A stretch of 64,000 bases of DNA from Lytechinus pictus. Its lineage: Eukaryota. The stretch's first letter is position 1, and each line of letters starts with the position of its first letter. Position numbers and translations under genes: made by a program. Under the pieces are notes generated by a model. The model was not told where the DNA came from and did not search any database. It saw only the letters and a list, made by a program, of their open reading frames with translations. The DNA lies in NCBI RefSeq assembly GCF_037042905.1, contig NC_087250.1:26662001-26726000 (forward strand). The letters run 5' to 3'. Positions 14,074-27,684 of this stretch are shown piece by piece.

Positions 14074-14512
14074 CAGGGTTGGCACGTTTTAAATGGTGTG
14101 TTTTAAAAATACATTTTTTAACACCACTTTTTACTTTTTCTTTTTTTTTACAAAAAAGCGTGTTTTAAAAATAACGTGACTGATGGATGATATCCAAATC
14201 AAATAATTGGTTGAGAGCGGTCATGTGACCATGCACTTATGTTTTACGTTTTGAAACACCCGGGTTTTTTTAACGTGTTTTAAACATCGCAAATTTGCAT
14301 GGATGGGATTTTAGATACATGTAAGATATTTGTTTGTATTTTATTTCTTAAATGGTGTATTATTTTCTTATAAAACTCTTTCTCAACACCACTCTTTTTC
14401 TCCTCTTTCTCACCCCCCCCCCTTATTCTCCCATTCTCCATTGCTTTGTCATTCTCGATATTAATTAAAACCAATAAAACGATTTTTTGAACGTTTTTTT
14501 ATTACAAACCTG
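14074..14512. mobile_element. hAT-type non-autonomous element (short copy)
   Basis: 8 bp TSD AAAAGCAG at 14066-14073 and 14513-14520; termini CAGGGTTG / CAAACCTG; same family as the 32290-41694 element. Confidence 0.8.
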
Positions 14513-14663
14513 AAAAGCAGCAATTAATTGTGAATTTGAAGCATAAAGGTTAAAGATATGTCATTATATCAAATGAGCTAAGCACTATTTACTTTTTTTT
14601 TATTCATATAAGTGTTTTTTTTTTCTTTTTTGGGGGATGGGGTAAAGTAAAATAAAGAAATAC

Positions 14664-14765
14664 CATCTCATAGTAGTCGTCTCTGGACTCCGGGGGGACA
14701 ACTGAATCCAAACTTTTACTCAGATCGAAGACAACCACATAGATGGCTCGCCAATTTAGAAAAAC
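14664..14765 (-). CDS. Roco exon (VFLNWRAIYVVVFDLSKSLDSVVPPESRDDYYEM)
   Basis: tatttcag| acceptor and ATG|GTATTT donor; 102 nt; Roc pattern FLxxRAIYxxVFDLS. Confidence 0.93.
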
Positions 14766-15845
14766 CTGAAATAGAATGGAATCGAAATGATGAATAAGTG
14801 GTTATACGAGCAATGCCTACTGATATATCTGCGTAGACCAGGTGTCGCGTAAATATACTACCTACAAGTATTCTCATGTGCTGAATCATCTATAGGGATG
14901 TATCATTCAGGAAAAGAAAGGGTTACAAGTCATGTGTAAAGTTATTTATATCTGAAACACCTAACAAAGACCCCGTACGATATGAAAATAAAAATTAAAA
15001 AAATCGTCATCTTTTCACAATCAATTTGGTTTTTACCTTGTGAGCTTCCGACTACTCAATTCTGCAGGCTTCTACAGACTAGTGCTAAATCGCTCTAGAT
15101 GGGGGAAGTATCGGCAGCGCGGCAGCCCGTAAGAATTGGAATGATCGTAGTAGAAAGTTTGTATTGTCCATTGTCTCGGTTCATGGATTTTGCCTGGTTA
15201 TTCTAGATGTGAATTGCCTCTGTAAACCATCCTGTGCATTTATTGTCATCTTTAGCTCGGATCTGGCTTATTATATGGTTTATTTGAGCTACATGGTCAC
15301 TAATAGCATACTTAAAAACGGTTGGTTCAGCCTCCCTCTTCCTTTATCTTGTAATCTTGGAATATAAGTGATTGTTGTTTGTGCTCAGCCTTCCTTATTC
15401 CCAACCTCATTGCAGTTTCTCCAACATACACCTCGTTGCGATCATGGCAAGGAAGTTATCCCTGTTGAGTCGTCAGATGATCGTTTGTCCTTTGGAAGGA
15501 CTAAGGAGCCCTAAGTTTCTAGAGCGGGCGCATAGTCATGATAGTAGCGGATACATTACACTTATTGGAGGTCCTCTGTATGGCTAGAGATTAAACTTTA
15601 TATTAAGAACAGTCAGCATATTTCTTTATCCTGGTGTCCAGGCTATCGGCTTCATCTGCTCTGTATTAAAAAAAAAAAAACAGTCTGGTTAGGCCTATTT
15701 CTTGAGGCTTGTTTTGATGAAGTCTTCCTCATCATCTGGTTCTGAGACAATGTTGTGTGCCTTGTCAAAAAGACTGCAATAGACTCCAAGTTTCTGATAG
15801 AGGATGTGATGTGAAGTGAGATGCAGATATTTGCCGTTGTGCCTT

Positions 15846-15997
15846 TGTAGTGTCGTAGCACGTACGCACGTGGCGTTCCATAGTTTTGAACGGGATTACC
15901 TTAACACACATGTCAGAGTTATGATTAAAGCATTGCTGTGAACGTTACAAATGATGCCTTAAGCCTATTAACTGTTTGTCCTGTTGACTACTTTACA
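15846..15997 (+). repeat. 5' LTR
   Basis: TGTAGTG...CTTTACA, followed by the PBS. Confidence 0.95.
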
Positions 15998-16013
15998 TTG
16001 GCGACGAGAGAAA

Positions 16014-17661
16014 ATGGCAACCTTCACCATTCCACCGCCTCTCCCTCTGGAGATTGACTCGACAAATCTGGCAACGAGCTTCAAGAAGTTCAAACAGGCA
16101 TTCGGCAATTTTGAGCTGGCGACGGGGATAGCGAGCCGCGACGACTCCCTGCGGGTAACCACTCTACTGGCCGTAATCGGGCAGCCGGCGGTAGACCTCT
16201 ATAACACCTTCACCTGGGACATGGCAGCTGACTCCAAAGTGTTCCAAAAGATACTCGATAAATTTGAGGAACACTGCAAAGGGCATGCCAACACCACTTA
16301 TGGACGCTATATTTTCAACACTAGAGTTCAGAGAGAGGGCGAATCGTTTGAAAGCTTTGTCACGTCCCTCAAATCGTTAGCTGAAACCAGGGGCGTAGAC
16401 AACGGGGGGATGAGGGGGATGCATCCCCCCCCCCACCTCACAAGGTGGGGGGGGATGGCATGTACAATCATCCCCCCCCCCCCCCAGGTTTTGGGGAATG
16501 ATATTTGGTTACTTAATAAGTCATAATGATGATAATAATAGTAATAATAATAATGATAACAATTATAATATTAATAATAATAATAATTATGATGATGATA
16601 ATAATAATCCTCATCATTATTGTAATTGTGTTTATTGTTATTAGCCGCATTCACACGGTGAAAGCCAATTCAGACGGTAAAAAAAGAAAATCTTACAAGT
16701 ATTTACTGGGCAGGAACGAAAAGAGGCACAAGATATTTGGTTTCTAAGACACAAATTTGCAAGACTACAAAAGTAAAACTGACTAAGAGACCGATATGTT
16801 TGTTTGTTGAGCCATGAATGCTCCTTAAGTAAGTTTACCAACTTACCGCATGTCTCTATTATCTGATTAGCAACTGTTAATCAAGCTGTTTTTGGTATGG
16901 GAATGAAGCAACAACTTTTTTTCTTTTCATCGAGACTACTTTTCAGGCACGAACCGAGTACTAGCAATACCTTCTCATATATGATATGTATTATATTTAT
17001 TTATTTATTAGTTTATATCAGATTATATTACAGGTATATGATATTTATACATATATATATACATTATATGCATTTATTTATTTATTTATTTATATATCTA
17101 TATACTCGGTTTTTATTGAAATACATGTGTGGTCTGGCCCACTCGTGTTATAGGCATTATACATTGTGTGCAAAATGCATCAGCGCAATCTAAAACAGAA
17201 TAGAAAATGAATGTGATACAACAGTATACATAATAATTCGTGACAGAGAGTACCATACTACTATCTTTATAACAAGTATTATTCAAACAAACATATATAA
17301 TTATGTATAATCATGAATTGTTCAACTTCATGCTCCCACTATATGACTATTGTTACACTAATACTGATATCAGGACTGACTGGTATACATTAGTTTGTTG
17401 TTAAGCTTGCAGCAGCTACATCTTTTCTGTCTTGTTAACTATTTATTCATTTTTGTTTTATTTAAGATGCACTTTGTTTTGTATTCATTTAAAGTATGTT
17501 GATTGATGCATGAAGACATAAGTTTGACATGTTTAAAGAAGTTTGTTTCATGTAAAGCGCAGTGTGAATTTACCCTGTCTTGAAATGCGAGATAAAAGGA
17601 ACCTATTAGTATTAGCATTATTATTTGTATTAGTATTATTTTTTATTTGTATTATTATTAC

Positions 17662-17697
<36 letters not shown>

Positions 17698-20600
17698 TAT
17701 AAGACTGAGATCAAATAGAAGTAAATAATGCCCTAATTTGAAACGATGCAATGCCGTTATGGTTCCGATTTCTTCACAAACTTACAGAGCAGTATTGTTA
17801 CTCCATGGATCATAGTGATACTGTTTATGTTTTTTGTATCTGTATGTTAATGAGCCGCCAGCCAATATCCATCTATGGATACTATGCCTGTTTCTTTGAG
17901 GTAAAAAAAAAAGCATAGTATGTACGTATTCATTATGCTTTATAATGAACAGACATATTGTTATTTGTTTGTTGTTTACATGTATGTGTTCTATTCACAA
18001 ATGGCCACAGAGGCTGTTTTCATTCATAACCACATACCCATATCAAGACAACAAAGACTATACCTGCGTGTACACAGTTGACATTGTTTTTTTTTTCTGA
18101 AGAGGTGTAACAGCAAAATTCACAGAGATCAATAAATACGTAGTGTGGTTCAATATGCAATACTATGTGTCAGTCCATTCTGTATTCGTATGCCACGGTG
18201 TGTAGATCTTGTCGATGTATGTCTGTCCATTCAAGGCGTAGTATGTGTGTGGTGCGCGCACCCGTGTGTGTGTGTGTGGGGGGGGTGAGTATGTGTGTGT
18301 GTGCGTGCGCGCTTGTGTGTGTTATTTTACCTCATTAAGTATGCATCAGATTGCACGATTTCAAGTTCAAAATTGCAAAAGCTCCCTACCATGGGATGGG
18401 GGACACCCCCCTCCCACACCCTCCCCCCGCTCGGTCGCTTCGCTCCCTCGCTCGGGCGCTACGCGCCCTCACTAGCGTTGGCAGCCCAGTCATCCCCCCA
18501 GGTGTACGAACCTGTCTACGCCACTGGCTGAAACATGTGAGTTTGAATTGCTGACAGAATAATCCTAGGAATGCGAAATTCCAACATTCGTCAGCGACTT
18601 CTTCGCGAAGCAAATTTGACATTGGAGCAAACAGTTACAATCGTCAGGGCTGCTGAAGCAGCTACTGCACATGCCAGCGAAATCTCGAAAAGTGCGGCAA
18701 CAACCTCTGATGTGCACTACGTCAACAGACATCAACCGAATCGGAAACCTAAAGGTAAACCACATCAGCAATCGTCCAAAGTCTGTCGCAACTGTGGTGA
18801 CAAGTATCCTCACAGTGATCAATGCCCGGCACAAGGAAAAACGTGTTCATTCTGCAAGAAACCAAATCACTTTGCAAAAATGTGCCGAAGTAAGCTCAAA
18901 CAAGCAGAAGTCAATGTCATGGATCAAATGTCCCAGCAACCATCGTCACAACCACAATTAGCTCAAGATTCAACCTCTGAGGACTATCTGTTTTCTCTTG
19001 GCTCATCTGACGAGAGTAATCAATTGCTCAGAGTGTCAGTGCTCATCAACAATGTTATGACATCTGTCGTCATTGACACCGGTGCTTCTGTGAATATTAT
19101 GAGCAAAGAAACATTCAACACTATCTCCAAACAAGAGCTACTACTTGAACCAACAGACAGACAAGTCTATGCATTTGGTTCTAACAGTCCCATTGATGTT
19201 CTGGGGAAAATCTCTCTTCCAGTACGCCACAAGACACAGACGCAAACGGCTGTATTCTTTGTCACTGAGCACAATGGTCCAACACTCCTACGCTTGAACA
19301 AATGATCGTTGTAACGTACAATGTTCATGCTGCACCATCGATTATCGATGAATTCAGTGATCGATTCAGTGGACTTGGCAAGCTCACTGGAGTCACATGC
19401 AAGCTGCATGTAAATCCATCCGTCACTCCTGTAACTCAGCCACATCGCAGAATACCCTTTCACGTTAGGCGTAGTGTTGAAGCTGAACTGAAACGTTTGC
19501 AAGACTTGGACATTATTGAGCCCGTGCACCAAGAGCCTACGCCATGGGTTCCTCCAATTCGAGTTGTGCCTAAACCAAAGCAACCAGGCAAAATCAGACT
19601 TTATGTCGACATGAGAGCTGTCAACAAGGCTATTGAGAGGGAACGACATGTCACTCCAACTATCGACAACATATTAGCTCAACTCAATGGAGCAACAGTC
19701 TTCACGAAGCTTGATCTTAATGCAGGGTATCATCAGATTGAGCTAGATCAAGCATCACGCTATCTCACTGTCTTCTCGACCCATGTTGGTTTGTATCAGT
19801 ACAAGCGATTGAATTTTGGAGTAAACAGCGGAGCGGAGCAATTCCAAAATCTAATTCAATCTGCACTTGCAGGTCTTCAAGGCGTGATCAACATCAGTGA
19901 TGACATCTTGGTGTATGCCAAAGCTGAACAAGAACACAACGAACGACTTATGAGGTGCATGCAACGTCTACGAGAAAAGAACTTAACTCGTGACAAGTGC
20001 GAATTCAACAAGTCTTCAGTTGAGTTTTTTGGGCATATCTTCAGTTCATCAGGCATATCTCCCAGCCCAACAAAAGTCAAGTCATATATTGGATCGATCA
20101 TCGTAGCACTAGCAAGCCGTTCACTTACATCTGTTGAGAAGCGTTATTCACAGACTGAACGCGAAGCCCTAGCCGTCACTTGGGGCATTACACACTTCCA
20201 TATCTACTTATATGGCAGCAGGTTCAAGGTTATCACAGACCATAAGCCACTTGTGCCATTATTCAATAGATCTCATTCATCTCCACCAGCGAGAATAGAA
20301 AGATGGATGCTTCATCTTCAGCAGTATGAGTTTGTACTAGAATATCAACCAGGAGCAACCAACCCAGCCGACTACTTATCGCGACATCCATCGTCTAGTA
20401 CATTGATTGTTGAGCCAAACGCGGAAGAGCACATCAACTTCATCATCGAGAATGCAGTGCCAAAGTCGATCATCATGGATGAAATAGTGGAAGCGACCAC
20501 ATCTGATCATGTCTTGCAAGCATGCATCAAGGCAATTGAAGAGAATAGTTGGCACTCAGTCGCACAAGAGTTGCAGTGTTTCAAAAATGTGAAGAATGAG

Positions 20601-21597
20601 CTTAGTGTCGCAAAAGACGGAAAAGTGTTACTCCGTGATCACAGAATTGTGATTCCGTCTACGCTTCGAGATCGCATCATCACAATCGCACACCAAGGGC
20701 ACCAAGGTGTAGTTCGCACAAAGCAGCTGATTCGCGAAAAAGTCTGGTTCCCCGGTATTGATGCGTGTGGAAGACAAGATCAGTCAGTGTATTCCATGCC
20801 AAGCAACGAGCAATTCTACAACACGTGAGCCAATACAAATGTCTACACTTCCAACCCACCCGTGGAAGGAAGTCAGCATTGACTTCTCTGATCTTCCAAC
20901 TGGAGAGCATTTGCTTGTCATTATTGATGATTATAGTCGATTTCCAGTAGTTGAAATTCTTACGTCTGTTTCGAGCAAAGCTGTTATTCCTCACTTGGAT
21001 CGCGTTTTCGCAATATTCGGTGTTCCAGAGGTAGTCCGCACAGATAATGGACCACCTTTCAACAGTGAATATTTCAGCAAGTTTGCGCAATACCTCGGAT
21101 TCCACCATCGCAGAGTTACTCCACGATGGCCACAAACCAACGGAGAAGTTGAGCGTTTCATGAGAGTCCTAAAGAAAGTGATTCGCACATCCACTGCAGA
21201 GCGTAAATCTTGGAAACAAGAGCTGTACACGTTTCTTCGAAACTACCGAGCTACTCCACATAGCACACCCGGCATGCCACCAGCAACGGTCATGTTCCAG
21301 CGTCCGATCCGCACTCGCCTACCTGAACCGCAATCGCAAGTGGAAAACGACAGTCCAATTCGTAATCGCGATAAGTCTATGAAGGAGAAGCAAAAAGCAA
21401 ACGCAGAAAAGCATCAGAGAATCAGTGAATCGAAAATCAAAGTTAGTGATTATGTCCTCGTCAAGCAAGATGGGCATATTGGTAAATACACCACTCCTTT
21501 TGATACCAGACGACTGAAGGTCGTAGCGATAAAACGTTCGCAAATCGTTGCATCTCGTAGCTCATACCGCGAAATTCATCATGCTTCAAAGTCCTGA
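16014..21597 (+). pseudogene. Disrupted gag-pol polyprotein
   Basis: Gag with two CCHC knuckles; protease IDTGAS; RT (KLDLNAGYHQ, ISDDIL); partial RNase H (YSQTEREALA, TDHKPL); integrase (HQGH..CIPC, SIDF, TDNGPPF, NGEVER). Interrupted by a 2.1 kb insertion and frameshifts near 18555, 19300 and 20760. Confidence 0.92.
16388..18526. mobile_element. hAT-type non-autonomous DNA transposon inserted in gag
   Basis: TIRs CAGGGGCGTAGACA and TGTCTACGCCACTG match 13/14. Perfect 8 bp TSD GCTGAAAC at 16380-16387 and 18527-18534. Removing it restores LKSLAETCEF. Confidence 0.92.
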
Positions 21598-23089
21598 AAG
21601 GTTGACATGACACTTGTGTGACAACAGGTGATTACGATGTGCCATTGCCACAAATAGCGAACCCCCATCCTCAAAACCAAACTCCTCCTATGGTAGCACG
21701 AAGAAATCCCACTCGCGTTCGTGCTCCTCCACGATATCTGAATGACTATTATACTTGACTGTATAACAATTGATATTGTGTTTATTGCATGTACCTGTAT
21801 ACTTGATGATTGCAGTCCCTCATTTTATTCAATGTTATCATTTTGGCCTTATATCTCAGGTTGCGATGTAAGTTTAATGTTATTCATACGTGATCATATC
21901 AATATGCATAATTTGTACATACACCGCATGCAAGATTCATTACGGTCAACCAGCATTGTTTCAGTAAAAATGCAGAATCCAATATCTGAAGTTATTGTTA
22001 GAATACCAAGACAAATAGACCTATTTCAAAGAGCAACAGTTTGGCAACTGAGCTTGATGGCACATGTACATGCATATGCATACAATATGCCTTATTTCAT
22101 TTGTTGTTAAAAAAAAAAATACATTTGTGAAAGAAAACTCAATTCTATGTGTTAAGGAGAAAGATGTTATTTCTTATGTCAACATGTACATGTAACAGGT
22201 TGAATTAGATTATGTATGTGCATGATTTGTATTATATGCAAGATGAAACATGTACAATGTATCTAGATAGCCAGAAATAGTTAGAAATTGAATGGTAGAC
22301 AAACATGCTGATTGTTGGTACATGTATATCATGTTTTGTGTTAAAGGAAGTAATATCTATATGTATATGAACATGATACCAGAGTAGAACAAACTAACAG
22401 AAGAAAGTTTCTTTATGATTATTTTGGAATTTAGTCCTGTGCTATTATTCGTGTCAAGGAAAAGACATGTGCTAACAGTGTTATTTGCTTTAGCGTTAAG
22501 GAAAAAAGTCAAAAGACATTATTTGTGTATCCTATAAGAGAAAAGTCTCTCTGCATTAAATTTAAACAAGCAAAAATTTTATTTGTAGTATAGTTTAAAA
22601 GAGGTCAGATAGTTTGTTGTTAGCTTAGTTTGAAATGAATTTGTTCTGACATTTGTAGTCAGTATGTTTGATACAAAACTATTTTGTGTTCACACAATCC
22701 ACGCAGCTTGTTTCTACAGTAAAATTGAAGCACACAGTCTATGAAAATATGAAGTTTCAAATACATACATGTAGCATAATTAAGAGAAACAATGACAACT
22801 CACTACATGTATTATTAATTTCATGAATGCAAATGATAGCATTATTCTCATCAAGTGACATATCTTCTCATATAGTCAAGTGATACAGATTTATCAAACA
22901 ATCAATTTCTGTTTTTGTTTATATTCTGGTTTACTTATATGCGTTGTGCATGCAATGGCTCAGTAGCTAACAAGTTAATAAGCTAACCAAACAGTACTTG
23001 CACAACGTTAACAATGTTTCTCAAGTGTTAAAGATAAAGAGCAAATCACATATTTGTGTTGTTGAGTTCAATCCGCAAGATAGGAGGAT

Positions 23090-23241
23090 TGTAGTGTCGT
23101 AGCACGTACACACGTGGCGTTCCATAGTTTTGAACGGGATTACCTTAACACACATGTCAAAGTTATGATTAAAGCATTGCTGTGAACGTTACAAATGATG
23201 CCTTAAGCCTATTAACTGTTTGTCCTGTTGACTACTTTACA
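23090..23241 (+). repeat. 3' LTR
   Basis: 150/152 identical to the 5' LTR; preceded by the PPT. Confidence 0.95.
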
Positions 23242-23829
23242 GCTTTCTTCCTAGACAACAATTTCTTCACACCTGCTTCTTCTTTTTTTCACTGTTCAGG
23301 TGTCTAGAAAAGGTATTGAGTGATCTTTCTCCAATTCGTGTGTGAAAGGTTTGAAAAAGGGCACATTTCCTAAAGCGCTATCCAAACAAAACATAATCAG
23401 TTATGAATTCGCAAAAGAAATTTGCAATCGATTACAAATATATTCTTGCCACATCCCATAAGTGGTTGATTGGCCAAGGAGTAATCAACAATACTTTCAC
23501 GTCAAAATTGAAGTTGAAAAATGCCACTTGGTCTAAAACCCCCTTTTCTAATTTCTGTTTGGTCTCTTACTTCGCCTATAGTCAGTTCGTCTACTAACCG
23601 TTTGGTCTAATTGCAATCAAGTCCAATGACTACTTTGGGTTATCTCCAGTTAATACTATACAACTTTCACCTTATATCAACTTGGCCTAATATTACTATA
23701 CATAAGTTATACATTTATATTTATGTGTATTATTTTTAGTATATTTAAAATGAACTTTTTACGAGACTTTGCAATAAACATGACAAATCAAAATGAATTA
23801 CTGTTTTATTCTTAGAAAAAGAAAATCAC

Positions 23830-23928
23830 CTGGTGAGTCGTGTAGTATACGTCTTGTCCAGCGAAGTCCCATATATTTAGTGAGACACCCTCGTCTTTAC
23901 CACCATGAGTACTGTCAGTTTCCTCCTC
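23830..23928 (-). CDS. Roco exon with Roc G3 (EEETDSTHGGKDEGVSLNIWDFAGQDVYYTTHQ)
   Basis: tgtttcag| acceptor and CAG|GTGATT donor; 99 nt; diagnostic WDFAGQxxYYxTHQ; absent from the ORF track. Confidence 0.95.
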
Positions 23929-24066
23929 CTGAAACATAAAGAAAAATAATACAGCCATAATGAACGAGAACATGCTAAAACTATTCCAGTATGTATTTCC
24001 CTAAGACAAATACGAACGATGTGTATAACAAAGACATACGTTCATTCACCATATATAAAAAGATTA

Positions 24067-25529
24067 GGGTCATTCCATGCCAATTCACCCAATGAATGTG
24101 CAATTTTGCACCCGACCCTCTCAGAATTCGTTGTAAATTGGTACACATAAAATTCACCATGGCCCATGCACAAAACAAAAAAAATAAGTCCAATTGGTCC
24201 GTCGGTTCTCGCGCTACGGCCTGCCCTTTTCTCCTTGTTTTGACAAATGTGGGCGTGACCTTCAACTTTCAATGGCCACTGCGTCGTAATGTGTTGACCA
24301 ATTTTCATGAAACTGGTACCATTTATTAGGTAATTCAGAGAGGAATCCAAAACATGCATCAAATAATGTATTGGAGCGATTTATAGGGTCATGACCTTTG
24401 ACTTTTACTTTGACCTTGAGTTTGACCCCGGACAAATAATTTTTTAACTTGATTTTCTTATATGTTAATTATTAGTATGATATTGACAAAATATGTTAAA
24501 ATCAATGATGATATTTTATTTCTTCACCTTTTAAAACTCTTCCAAAGATACCATGAAATTTCACTCTAGTCCTACATACTGATATTCATGTTAGTAAAGT
24601 GTTTACCAGTTACATGATTTCTTCCAATCTTAAGTTACAGTATGCATGCACATGAAAAGAAATTAAGCTCATCAGTTCACAAATGAAACATTAAACATTT
24701 ATGCTCAAGAATAGGTATCTGTTTAGGCATTTTGATGTTCAGCAATATATATCATATATATATATATTCTTGTTAGTAAATAGGCATATACTCAACAATT
24801 TGATGATAAAAGTAAACACTTTACTAACAAGAATGTATATATATATATGATATATATTGCTGAACACCAAAATGCCTAAACAAATACCTATTCATGAGCA
24901 TAAATGTTTAATGTTTCATTTGTGAACTGATGAGCTTAATTTCCTTTCATGTGTTTGCATACTGTAACGTATAATAACGGAAGAAATCATGTAACTGGTA
25001 AACACTTTTACTAACATGAATATTAGTATGTGGGACTAGAGTGAAATTTCATGGTATCTTTGGAAGAGTTTTAAAAGGTGAAGAAATAAAATATCATCAT
25101 TGGTTTTAACATGTTTTGTCAATATCATACAAATAATTAACATACACGAAAATCAAGTTAAAAAATTATTTGTCCGGGGGTCAAACTCAAGGTCAAAGTA
25201 AAGGTCAAAGGTCACAACCTTATAAATCGCTCCAATACATTATTTGATGCATGTTTTGGATTCCTCTCTGAATTTCCTAATAAATGGTACCAGTTTCATG
25301 AAAATTGGTCAACACATTACGACGCAGTGGCCATTGAAAGTTGAAGGTCACGCCCATTTTTGTCAAAACAAGGAGAAAAGGGCAGGCCGTAGCGCGAGAA
25401 CCGACGGACCAATTGGACTTATTTTTTTTGTTTTGTACGTGGGCCATGGTGAATTTTATGTGTACCAAATTACAAGGAATTCTGAGACGGTCGGGTGCAA
25501 CCACTGGGTGAATCCAGATGGAATGACCC
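24067..25529. mobile_element. Fold-back non-autonomous DNA transposon (about 710 bp arms, about 40 bp loop), possibly Sola2-type
   Basis: 24067-24780 is the reverse complement of about 24820-25529. Termini GGGTCATTCCAT / ATGGAATGACCC, with ATTA on both flanks. Superfamily is inferred only from GRG ends and a 4 bp TSD. Confidence 0.88.
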
Positions 25530-27562
25530 ATTAATGAAATAAATAAATGGCATTGAAATTGTTCATTAAGGGTGATATGTCTTGCTTTTGCTTTAGGTGT
25601 ATAATAGTGTAACGGATCATAATTAGTTTACAAGGTAGGCCTATATTTTGGCTTAAAAGTTTTAAAACCCAATCTTATATTATTGCTGGTGACCTCGATG
25701 CAAAGTTGCCTGACTGTTTAGAGTCAGACCTTGTTAATTTATTTTTTTTTCAATTAGGTTTGCCAAATGTTTGGCCTAAGCAAATGACGGTATGGCCATC
25801 TAGGTACATCAAAGTATACTCGTCATGCGCATTGGATGCAGTTGTCATCGTTAATGTGCGTTATTAATGGTAGACGTTTTAATAATCTTCGACGCTCAGT
25901 CAAGAATCTTCCGCACCAGGATTCCGTCACTTGCAAATTACACACATCATGATCATGATGTTACAGTGTCGGACGGATGACCAAAGCAAATGATGAGCAA
26001 GTCGAATTGAAAACTGGTGAAAGGAGAAACAGGATAGTAGCTCCATAAAAACAAAAGCACACCGACAGGATTCGATTGAAGAGTAGAGTAAATTATTCTT
26101 GAATATACCCTTGAATAAGAATTTTAAAAATGCTCCACAATCTTTCTTTTACTTACTTTAATGACATGATTATTCTTTCTACCAACATCCAGGCAGTTCA
26201 GCAAATATAAGAAGAAACCACAAATGACAAAAGAATAACACAATCAGCACCTATCTATCATCACTATAGTGAGAACTGGTATAAAAAGTTTGGTTTCACA
26301 TAGTATGCTGTGGGAAAGGTGCTTGATAAATTTTGACAAGTCGTGTTAATGGCATCGCATGATCAGGAATGGGTTTTACTTCTTCGCTCCAGAAATCAAT
26401 AGTCATATACCACATCAGTACACCAAATAAAATTAACGTTGTAGTAACGATCTCAAAATGAGTTAGAACAAAAGCCGAAAAAATGACCTCCCAAGTGTTC
26501 GTAAGTATACATGAAAAATATGTGCCAAATGCGTCTGGAAAATGTGTAATTGCTGAGAAATGAACAAAATAAGGAAAGGATTCCACAATAAGTCGGATAT
26601 TTTTCCAAAAAAATATTTATACACTGTCCCACATATGCCATTTGTGTTAGTGATAATCACAATTATAAGAATAGTTATTTTCAGCTAATATTTCCTGATT
26701 TCGCAAATATGATGTGGTAAAATTTAATCTTGATTTTAAAGACTTTCTTCATTAATATATTAAGATGCATATACTTTCCCTACATTTAAACTTGAATTGA
26801 ATGGAATTCCTTAATAAGGAATCTCCGAAAGACACTCACATGACTAAAAACATCGTTAACATGGTTAAATTTTAAGGCCACATACAATTTGCTGGTGAGG
26901 GTTTGTCAAGTCGTTTCAAGACATTTCTGCAATATCCTGATACCTCACTCAATATATTCGACGTCTAACTCTTTATATGTGTTTTGTTTCTAAATAAGCT
27001 CCTTTAACCCCATTGTTAGTCTTCTAGAAAAAGGGCTTCTCAGATAGATACTTTCACACACAAAAAAGCTAAGATCCCACAAAAAATGAGTTTTCAAACC
27101 GATTTTAGTGTATGTTATCTTCAAATGAAAGTTCGTTGACCTTTTGACTCATAACTTTTTAACGGGAGGTCAAGGATATATGGTCCCTTTTTTGTGTTTA
27201 ACATAACAAGACAACCCATTTTACGTGTTACCCAACATAATCGGGGCATTAAAAATAACCCCATATTGACCGCTCACATGGTCAAGATAACCATTAGAAA
27301 TTTGACACCCAGTTCAAGGGTTTTTTTGTCATGTTTGTGATGTCATCGATCAACTTAAAAGTTGAATTGGTTCAACCGTCGAAGTAGCCGTTAAATCATG
27401 TGCTATGCTGCCCGACTAGAATACATTTTTATTTATCATGGAAAAAATAATAATTAGTCAATATAATTTGCTTCATTGTTTCACACTGATAAATTTTTCA
27501 GAAAATTTTCATTCAAGAATACATGTAGCTATTCTTCAAAGTTCAAGGTAGCAAGTTCTTAC

Positions 27563-27684
27563 CTTCAAGCGAACCTGTTCCTTCAGCATTTCCTCGACCA
27601 GGCTACCAATCTCATTTTGCTTACTAGCGTTTACATGTTCTTCTCCAGCGTCGGGCACCTCCACTCCGTCCGAAATAGATTCAG
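27563..27684 (-). CDS. Roco exon (AESISDGVEVPDAGEEHVNASKQNEIGSLVEEMLKEQVRLK)
   Basis: ttttttgtag| acceptor and AAG|GTAAGA donor; 122 nt, phase 1 to 0. Confidence 0.85.

Larger units (their letters stand above)
15846..23241 (+). mobile_element. Ty3/Gypsy LTR retrotransposon, Mag/SURL-like, defective
   Basis: 152 bp TG..CA LTRs at 15846-15997 and 23090-23241 with 2 mismatches. PBS TGGCGACGAG at 15999 is complementary to the tRNA-Ser(GCT) 3' end. PPT AAGATAGGAGGA. Flanks GCCTT / GCTTT. Domain order gag-PR-RT-RH-IN. Confidence 0.95.

Noticed and set aside
21742..22110. env-like third ORF in the Gypsy element
   Set aside because: Short, with no recognisable envelope features; consistent with chance.
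23981..25534. Apparent duplicated small genes on opposite strands
   Set aside because: They are mirror translations of the two arms of the fold-back element and have no recognisable domain.
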